Source: Candidatus Nezhaarchaeota archaeon WYZ-LMO8 (GTDB lineage Archaea > Thermoproteota > Methanomethylicia > Nezhaarchaeales > WYZ-LMO8). From it: a stretch of 64,000 nt of DNA. Position 1 is the first letter of the stretch. Each line of letters opens with the position of its first letter. Position numbers and translations under genes: made by a program. Positions 57,890 through 64,000 of this stretch are shown here, piece by piece. The stretch is from NCBI GenBank assembly GCA_004347965.1, contig QNVF01000002.1, positions 18,895 through 82,894 of the forward strand, in the 5' to 3' direction. The notes beneath the pieces were generated by a model. The model saw only the letters and a program-made list of their open reading frames with translations. It did no database searches and was not told the origin of the DNA.

Positions 57890-59331
57890 GGAAAGGAGGG
57901 AACTGTGTACTCGAAATAGCAAACCTTTGGTTTAAATATCCTAATGGAGACTGGGTGCTAAGGGGCTTAGATCTCAGCGTCAGTGAAGGAGAGCATGTAC
58001 TCGTGATAGGTGAGACGGGATCCGGCAAGACAACGCTAACCAGGATAATCACAGGATCTGCCAACCTCATTTATGATGGTATTCTAAAAGGACGTGTAGC
58101 AATAAATGGAATAAGTCTTGAGGAAAACACCGAAGCTTTCACCAGCCAAGTAGCCCTTATCGGGCAAAACCCCTACCTTTATTTCACTGAGCCTTTGGTT
58201 CGCCACGATCTCTATAGTTATGCCTTGAGTGTTCATGGTAACGTGGAACGTGCTGTCAAAGCTCTTAACAAAGCTATTGAAGTAACAGATATCCAGGACC
58301 TAATAGAAAAATACTTCTTTGAGCTTTCAGGTGGGCAGGCAAAGAGAGTCTTAGTGGCAAAAGCGTTGATCTCAAATTCCCAGCTTCTCTTATTCGATGA
58401 ACCGTTGATGTGGTTGGACGATGTGGGTCTCAAAGACTTCATAAACCTTCTTAACATATTGAAGGTTCTCAGAAGGTCGGTAGTGATTTTCGAACATAGA
58501 TTCATGCCATTGATAGAGCACGTCGATGAAGTTTATGTCCTCAAGAACGGGAAGCTTACACGTATAAGCAATAGATTGCATGCTTTTAAGGAGGCGGGTG
58601 GCAAAGTACATCATGGCTTCGATTGTGGTCCTAACTGCAAGTCATCAAGCAATGGTGGAAATGTTCTACTAGAGACCGTGGATGTACACTTCAAATACAG
58701 GAATAGCAGCGACTACGTGTTAAGAGGTATTAATTTGAAGTTGTGCAAGGGTGACTTAGTGCTATTATATGGATCTAACGGTCAAGGTAAGACAACTCTC
58801 TTAAAGGTTCTAGCTGGCTATTTGAAGCCTTCAAGAGGAAGGGTTACACGGAAAACAGATGTAATCTACATACCTCAAAACGTAGTGCTATTCTACACGG
58901 AGAGCACGGTAGAGAAAGAGGTCGTAGAGATCTGTAAGGCTAGAAAGATGAGCGATGTTCATGTGAAGCTTGGGATAGAAGCCGTGAAAAAGCTCGGCAT
59001 AGACCCCATGCAGTCTCCTTTCAATTTAAGCCACGGCCAGATGGTTAAGCTGGCCTTTGAGCTTGCTCGTACTTCAAATTCAGAGATTCTGCTCTTAGAT
59101 GAACCATTCTCCGGGTTGACATATGGAGACAGGCTTGAATTACTAAGACACTTAGTCGAAAGCAACTGTACAGCTATAGTAGCAACAAGCAACCTAGACG
59201 CCATCGGATCCCCTTACTGGACTAAGTTGTACAAGATAGAATCTGGTAAGTTGGTGGTGCTAAATCCTATCAGCTCACCTTCTCTCCTCTATGCCTCCAG
59301 ACTGTATGAAGAGATTATAGGTGTAGAGTGA
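57886..59331 (+). CDS. ECF/ABC transporter ATPase with two fused ABC domains (EcfA-EcfA'-like)
   Basis: Two Walker A motifs are present (GETGSGKTTL, GSNGQGKTTL). There are two signature motifs (LSGGQAKRV, LSHGQMVKL) and two Walker B motifs (LLFDEP, LLLDEP). Confidence 0.8.
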   Translation: MRKGGNCVLEIANLWFKYPNGDWVLRGLDLSVSEGEHVLVIGETGSGKTTLTRIITGSANLIYDGILKGRVAINGISLEENTEAFTSQVALIGQNPYLYFTEPLVRHDLYSYALSVHGNVERAVKALNKAIEVTDIQDLIEKYFFELSGGQAKRVLVAKALISNSQLLLFDEPLMWLDDVGLKDFINLLNILKVLRRSVVIFEHRFMPLIEHVDEVYVLKNGKLTRISNRLHAFKEAGGKVHHGFDCGPNCKSSSNGGNVLLETVDVHFKYRNSSDYVLRGINLKLCKGDLVLLYGSNGQGKTTLLKVLAGYLKPSRGRVTRKTDVIYIPQNVVLFYTESTVEKEVVEICKARKMSDVHVKLGIEAVKKLGIDPMQSPFNLSHGQMVKLAFELARTSNSEILLLDEPFSGLTYGDRLELLRHLVESNCTAIVATSNLDAIGSPYWTKLYKIESGKLVVLNPISSPSLLYASRLYEEIIGVE

Positions 59332-60068
59332 TGCTCAGGGATTTATCATACATGTTAACCTACTCTAGTAGGCTGGATGATTACAGTACATTGTGTAGAG
59401 CATTGCTTGCTTCCTCTACGATAGTCCTCTTACTTATCATACGATGGTCTTCGGAGAGCATTGCTATTGAGTTGACGAGACTCATCTTAGTGTTGTCATT
59501 TGAGTTTTACTTAGCATCACTTGCAAGAGGATTGCGTGGTGTTTTAGCTGGGTTGAAGCTAATATCTTTATTTGCAATTATTGGTGCTCTGGTCTTCTGC
59601 GTAAGTTATCTGGTTGGCTGGTTAGCTCCGGGTCCAATTATGTTGGTGCCAGGTATGCTTAGGTTAGTGTCTCTTTTCCTTGGTTTCTCGCTATTATTTC
59701 AACTAGTATCGTTTCAAGAGTGGAGAAGCATTTTGAGCAAACTTGGTTTAAAGAATCAATCGGTAATACTTTCAATGGTCCTCTCTCAAGTACCTACCAT
59801 AATTCACTACCTCTCAGAAGCTATTACGACGGTGAAGTTAAAGTACAAGGGGAAGAGACTTCATAAAGTAGCAACACCTTTAACATTACTTTCATTTCTT
59901 ACTTCAAGGGCTCTCACGGAGTCCTACATAGTCTACGGTCTACCAACCTACTCGGAGCTTACTACATACAAGAGAAGAGATCTTAGTCTTTACTTACTGT
60001 TCGTCATATTGGTACTATTAGAAATTATGATTAGTAATTTACTACCCCTTTTAATCGAAGTTGCATGA
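59328..60068 (+). CDS. ECF transporter transmembrane (T) component candidate (CbiQ/EcfT-like)
   Basis: 246 aa and polytopic. It is translationally coupled to the ATPase gene by an overlapping ATGA. Confidence 0.5.
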   Translation: MMLRDLSYMLTYSSRLDDYSTLCRALLASSTIVLLLIIRWSSESIAIELTRLILVLSFEFYLASLARGLRGVLAGLKLISLFAIIGALVFCVSYLVGWLAPGPIMLVPGMLRLVSLFLGFSLLFQLVSFQEWRSILSKLGLKNQSVILSMVLSQVPTIIHYLSEAITTVKLKYKGKRLHKVATPLTLLSFLTSRALTESYIVYGLPTYSELTTYKRRDLSLYLLFVILVLLEIMISNLLPLLIEVA

Positions 60069-60176
60069 AATCATTAAAGTAGACCAATGATATATCGCAT
60101 TAAGGAGCCTGTGACGAACAGATCTCAAGCAGTTAACTAAATTAAGGCTTCCTTGAGTAGCTCTAGCTCTCTACAA

Positions 60177-61091
60177 CTATGTCGTCTTTCCTGCATACTC
60201 ATCTTCCACAAATAAGATACTTCCATCAGGAAGAAATCTAGTTGTAATGCGTCTTACAGCCCAGCAGTGAAAGTTTACTGCTACGGGGCATATGGCCGTA
60301 TGAGTATACGCTATCTCGACTTTAACTGTAAGAGCTGTAGTATCACCACCTAACCCTGCAGGACCTATGCCTAAGGAGTTAATTGAACGTAGTAGCTCTT
60401 CTTCAAGTCTAGCTAACCCTACATCCGGGTTTACGTCAGTCCACAATCTTGTACTAATGGCTTTTCTACTAAGTTTTGCGGCTGTGTGCATTTGTCCTCC
60501 AATTCCTACTCCAATGCCCATTGGAGGGCAAGGAATCCCGTCAGCTCTTGCCACAGTCTCAAGAATGAACCTTTTTAGTCCAACACCTTCCCTACCAACC
60601 TCGGCAGGAGTAAAAACCTTCAAAGCACTTGGTAGCTCAGCCCCACACCCCTTAAAGCTTATCACTACCTCGCTGTAGTCCGCTTCTCCTGGTACTAATT
60701 CTACCTCTACCTCAGGTATGCCTATACCAGAGTTATCACCAGGATTTCTCCTAGTTATTGGATGTACCATACTCGGTCTTAGAAGTCCTTCCCTAGTCGC
60801 CTCAACTATCGCCTTTTGAAAGACCTTTTGAATGTTTGTCTCTATCTTCACAGCACCTATCTTCACATAAATAACAGGGTAACCTGGTGATTGACATAGT
60901 GGAACAGACTTCTTTTGGGCTGCATAACTGTTAGAGATCATTGCCTCCAAAATCTTCCTCGCTACAGGGCTCCTCTCATTCTCGTAGGCTCTCTTAAGTA
61001 AATACAGTACATCAGGTGCTACTCTCGTAACGCTCTTCTTAATCATGGTTGAAGCTACTTCGTGCAAGGTCTTATCATTCACAATCTTCAA
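60177..61091 (-). CDS. Class I (Fe-S) fumarate hydratase / tartrate dehydratase, alpha subunit
   Basis: This is the Fe-S hydro-lyase alpha-type catalytic domain. The segment is LCQSPGYPVIYVKIG...GIGVGIGGQMHTAAKLS, with Cys ligands. Confidence 0.75.
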   Translation of the reverse strand: MKIVNDKTLHEVASTMIKKSVTRVAPDVLYLLKRAYENERSPVARKILEAMISNSYAAQKKSVPLCQSPGYPVIYVKIGAVKIETNIQKVFQKAIVEATREGLLRPSMVHPITRRNPGDNSGIGIPEVEVELVPGEADYSEVVISFKGCGAELPSALKVFTPAEVGREGVGLKRFILETVARADGIPCPPMGIGVGIGGQMHTAAKLSRKAISTRLWTDVNPDVGLARLEEELLRSINSLGIGPAGLGGDTTALTVKVEIAYTHTAICPVAVNFHCWAVRRITTRFLPDGSILFVEDEYAGKTT

Positions 61092-61105
61092 GTCAAGATC
61101 ACCGC

Positions 61106-61708
61106 TTAGCCTTTCATAGCAAATCGAATTTCATTTAATGCTTTCATAACGTTCTCCTCTACTTCGTTGAAAATGCTGTTTCCGTGAGAGTCTATGGCTA
61201 CTATTAAGGGGCCAAATCTTCTTACCTTAAGAACCCATATGGCTTCAGGAACCCCTAAGTCAAGCCAAAATGAACTGAGAACTTCTTCAACGCTCTCCAC
61301 TATAATCGCTGAGCAGCCTGGAGGTGCTATGAGAAATACTCCTCCATATCTTTTCAAGTTCTCTAAGGTTTTTTCACCCATACGTCCTTTTCCTATGAGT
61401 GCTTTTACTCCAAGTTTACTGAAAATGATATCAGAGAAGGGCTCCATGCGATAGCTTGTAGTGGGGCCTATACCTGTGATTTCCCATTCCCCATTCCTTT
61501 TTCTTACAGCTGGTCCTGCATGAAATATCACTGCCCCTCTAAAGTCTACTGGTAATTCCTTACCTTCCTCTAAGTAATCTTTAATTCTAATGTGAGCTAG
61601 ATCCCTAGCCGTGTAAATTATACCATTAATGTACACAATATCCCTCACCTTAAGCTTCTTGACATCGTCATCGCTAAGAGGAGTTACTAATTCGTATTCT
61701 GCAATCAC
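61106..61708 (-). CDS. Class I fumarate hydratase / tartrate dehydratase, beta subunit
   Basis: The Fe-S hydro-lyase beta-type domain reads INGIIYTARDLAHIRI...AVIFHAGP...GKGRMGE. It is directly upstream of the alpha subunit gene. Confidence 0.75.
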   Translation of the reverse strand: MIAEYELVTPLSDDDVKKLKVRDIVYINGIIYTARDLAHIRIKDYLEEGKELPVDFRGAVIFHAGPAVRKRNGEWEITGIGPTTSYRMEPFSDIIFSKLGVKALIGKGRMGEKTLENLKRYGGVFLIAPPGCSAIIVESVEEVLSSFWLDLGVPEAIWVLKVRRFGPLIVAIDSHGNSIFNEVEENVMKALNEIRFAMKG

Positions 61709-61745
61709 ATGAACACACCATTAAGCTACGTGCTTTACTGAGCAT

Positions 61746-62123
61746 TTAGGAGCAAAATTCTTTATTTTTTAAGTTTCTAAGTATCTCATCTACGATCTTT
61801 GAAGGTTGCGACTTAGCTGTAGAGTCTTGAAACCTCAAGACTTTGAGCCCCAAGCTCCTTAAAGTCTCATCCTTAACTTCATCTCTAGACGACCTAATGC
61901 TGCTTAAGTGATGAGGGCCATCAATCTCTACGACTACGTTTGGGGGTACAAAGATGTCAACTACGAATCTCCTCTCACCTACCACGAACTCTTGCTGAGT
62001 GAAGAACCGTAGGTCTCTAGCCTGCAACTCCTTGATCACTGCAATCTCACCGGATGTGTAGGCTCTAATTGTAACCTTGTTTCTATCTTTCCTTGTCTTC
62101 ATCAATTGCATCGCTCTCCTCAA
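61746..62123 (-). CDS. DUF559 (Vsr-like / restriction-endonuclease-fold) domain protein
   Basis: FVVDIFVPPNVVVEIDGPHH matches the core of the DUF559 / very-short-patch-repair-endonuclease-like fold. Confidence 0.6.
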   Translation of the reverse strand: MRRAMQLMKTRKDRNKVTIRAYTSGEIAVIKELQARDLRFFTQQEFVVGERRFVVDIFVPPNVVVEIDGPHHLSSIRSSRDEVKDETLRSLGLKVLRFQDSTAKSQPSKIVDEILRNLKNKEFCS

Positions 62124-62340
62124 CGAGCTTCTTGATCCTGTGAGCTACTCCTTCAACTATGTGTCTCTTAGCATTCCGTAGCTGGATGCCAACTATGCCT
62201 CCTCCTTCATCAACCTCAAAGTATAGATCCTCAGACATCTTAATTAAGCCCTTAGCGGCTGCATCTCCAATCTTGATGTGAAGAATGTCCCTTTCCAAAT
62301 CTAGCTCAACCTTCATGTCTCGCTTCTCTTGATCACTCAC
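62083..62340 (-). CDS. DUF2283-like small protein
   Basis: It is 85 aa. MKVELDLERDILHIKIGD...EDLYFEVDEGGGIVGIQLRNA matches the DUF2283 pattern (Y..D.L.I.... D..G.I.GIEI). Confidence 0.5.
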   Translation of the reverse strand: MSDQEKRDMKVELDLERDILHIKIGDAAAKGLIKMSEDLYFEVDEGGGIVGIQLRNAKRHIVEGVAHRIKKLVEESDAIDEDKER

Positions 62341-62405
62341 AGCTTTTCAAAGTATGTTTTTTATAGCGCGGCTTAAATGTTGTAATGAAAGTAATCAACG
62401 AGACC

Positions 62406-62822
62406 TCATATGGGCTGGAAGTAGTATCTCGACCATTGAGGCCATGCTTGAGTTGATGGTATTTGCTCGAAGATTGCTTTCACTCTCATGCCCACTTTCA
62501 ATTGATGCGGTTGCGTTACCCCCTTAACTATTCCAGGTATCTTCGGTCCCTCGTCTAGCTTCACAACTGCTACCGCGTATGGAGCTATTGATGCAAATGA
62601 CGTTGGCGGAACATGTATTATTGTGAAGGAAATAACTTCTCCTTCTCCTTTTAGCTGAATCCATTCTAAATCCTTAGCCATGCAATTTTCGCATAGCGGC
62701 TTTGGAGGAACCATTACCTTGCCGCACTTTTTGCACTTAACTCCCATCAGCTTTCCTTCGGCAATGTACTTATAGAAGGATTCTATGGTTGGAGGAGATG
62801 ACACCTCAACCACGCTAATCAC
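62406..62822 (-). CDS. DUF35 OB-fold/zinc-ribbon protein (thiolase/HMG-CoA synthase scaffold protein)
   Basis: The zinc ribbon is CKKCGKVMVPPKPLCENC. It is followed by an OB-fold region. It overlaps the thiolase gene by 8 nt. Confidence 0.7.
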   Translation of the reverse strand: MISVVEVSSPPTIESFYKYIAEGKLMGVKCKKCGKVMVPPKPLCENCMAKDLEWIQLKGEGEVISFTIIHVPPTSFASIAPYAVAVVKLDEGPKIPGIVKGVTQPHQLKVGMRVKAIFEQIPSTQAWPQWSRYYFQPI

Positions 62823-63999
62823 CTCTCTTGTATATGTGGACGAAGGCTGATGCTCCCGAACCTCCCATGTTGTGTGTTAGACCTATTTCAGCTCCACTAA
62901 CCTGTCTAGGACCTGCTTGATTAGTTAACTGCAAGTATACCTCGTATAACTGAGCGACACCAGTAGCTCCGACTGGATGTCCTTTAGCTTTGAGTCCTCC
63001 GCTAGTGTTAACCGGTATCTTGCCCCCTACCTCGGGCTGACCTTCCTCTATGAATTTGCCTCCATAACCCTTAGGACAGAACCCCAAATCTTCGTAGAGA
63101 ATTATCTCAGCTATGGTGAAACAATCATGTACCTCAGCAACATCGATGTCCTTAGGCTCTACCCCAGCCATTCTATACGCTTCTTGGCTGGCAACTCTAG
63201 CCGAGAGCAACGTGGTCAAGTCTTCTCTCTCGTAAACTCCAATCTTGTCAGTTGCTCCAGCTGACGCTATTATGTGTACAGGTGTATCTGTGAACTTCTT
63301 AGCCAATTCGGGTCTTACTAATATGGCGCAGCTAGCCCCATCAGTTATGGGAGAGCAGTCGTAGAGCTTTAATGGCCAAGCTATAACCCTAGACTTGAGG
63401 ACTTCCTCTATTGTTATGGCTCTTTGAAATTGAGCTTTTGGATTTATGGCTGCGTTCTTATGATTCTTCACGGCGACCATAGCAAGCTGCTCCTCTCTCG
63501 TACCATATTTATGCATGTGAGCAGTAGCCATTAGAGCATAAAGCCCAGGAAACGTTAACCCATTCCACTGCTCAAATGGAAAGTCGGAGGCCATAGCTAA
63601 GAACTCGGTTACCTCTGCTGTTGATCTATGGGTCATCTTCTCGACACCTCCAACAAGCACGACATCGACTAGCCCAGACGCTATAGCCATCACCGCGCAC
63701 CTCAAAGCCGCACCAGATGAGGCACAAGCACTCTCAAGCCTAAATCCTTGTACAGGAGTTAGTCCAAGCCAATCGGTAATTGTCGGAGCTGTATGACCTT
63801 GATGTTCATAGGACTCACCCATATGCCCTACGAATATGGCTTTTATATCCTTCCTCGGATCTAAGTTTGGGCATCTATCAAAAGCCTCAGTAGCAGCCTC
63901 TATAAACAGCTCCCTCCAGTAAAGTCCTTCTCTCCTACCAAACTTTGAGAGTCCAGCACTAACAATTGTAGCTAGAGGTTTTCCAACCATACAACTCAT
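62815..63999 (-). CDS. Archaeal thiolase (acetyl-CoA C-acetyltransferase, DUF35-associated type)
   Basis: It has the thiolase fold with an active-site Cys in ESACASSGAALRCA and the C-terminal segment HNMGGSGAS. The start codon is at the window edge. Confidence 0.8.
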   Translation of the reverse strand: MSCMVGKPLATIVSAGLSKFGRREGLYWRELFIEAATEAFDRCPNLDPRKDIKAIFVGHMGESYEHQGHTAPTITDWLGLTPVQGFRLESACASSGAALRCAVMAIASGLVDVVLVGGVEKMTHRSTAEVTEFLAMASDFPFEQWNGLTFPGLYALMATAHMHKYGTREEQLAMVAVKNHKNAAINPKAQFQRAITIEEVLKSRVIAWPLKLYDCSPITDGASCAILVRPELAKKFTDTPVHIIASAGATDKIGVYEREDLTTLLSARVASQEAYRMAGVEPKDIDVAEVHDCFTIAEIILYEDLGFCPKGYGGKFIEEGQPEVGGKIPVNTSGGLKAKGHPVGATGVAQLYEVYLQLTNQAGPRQVSGAEIGLTHNMGGSGASAFVHIYKRGD

Positions 64000-64000
64000 C

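Noticed and set aside
1-64000. CRISPR arrays / cas genes
   Set aside because: I saw no run of regularly spaced direct repeats in any intergenic region, and no Cas-like protein motifs in the ORF translations.
1-64000. Mobile elements (IS, integrase, provirus)
   Set aside because: No transposase DDE / HUH or tyrosine recombinase-like translations are present. I noticed no terminal inverted repeats flanking any gene block. The two nuclease-fold genes (37991-38650, 61746-62123) lack transposase architecture.

Overview
This is a densely coded archaeal chromosomal window. It looks crenarchaeal / TACK-like, with GC near 45%, and it carries a complete CdvA/ESCRT-III/Vps4 division locus. Most content is core metabolism and housekeeping. 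On the minus strand near the start is a four-subunit 2-oxoacid:ferredoxin oxidoreductase operon (porGDAB-like, ~3.1-6.2 kb), with hypA next to it at 6.2-6.6 kb. There is an ilvBNCD branched-chain amino acid block at 20.9-25.7 kb. A large purine biosynthesis block spans 25.9-35.6 kb (purB, purC, two tandem purF genes, purD, purT, purE, purM). A LeuA-family/LeuB pair sits at 40.6-43.0 kb. A cytoplasmic four-subunit NiFe sulfhydrogenase (hydBGDA) plus its maturation protease sits at 43.5-48.0 kb. A class I fumarase and a thiolase/DUF35 pair of the archaeal mevalonate module lie at the end. Other housekeeping genes include adenylate kinase, RNase HII, the tRNA splicing endonuclease, NMN adenylyltransferase, a universal stress protein, a histone-deacetylase-family enzyme and a NUDIX hydrolase. 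I found no rRNA, tRNA, CRISPR array, transposase, integrase or other mobile element. Six things do not read as plain housekeeping. (1) Two cobalamin-type radical SAM enzymes flank a QueG/reductive-dehalogenase-like Fe-S protein directly downstream of the hydrogenase (48.4-52.4 kb). (2) The second purF copy has lost its N-terminal cysteine nucleophile. (3) A minimal nucleotidyltransferase is divergently paired with a 432-aa protein of unknown function. (4) A DUF2283-DUF559 (Vsr-like nuclease) gene pair overlaps in the same orientation. (5) Two split MgtE membrane-domain genes face two PhoU-like/TrkA_C regulator genes. (6) There are two unusually long non-coding stretches of about 500 bp and 600 bp. 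Family assignments rest on motifs I could read directly in the translations; I ran no database searches.
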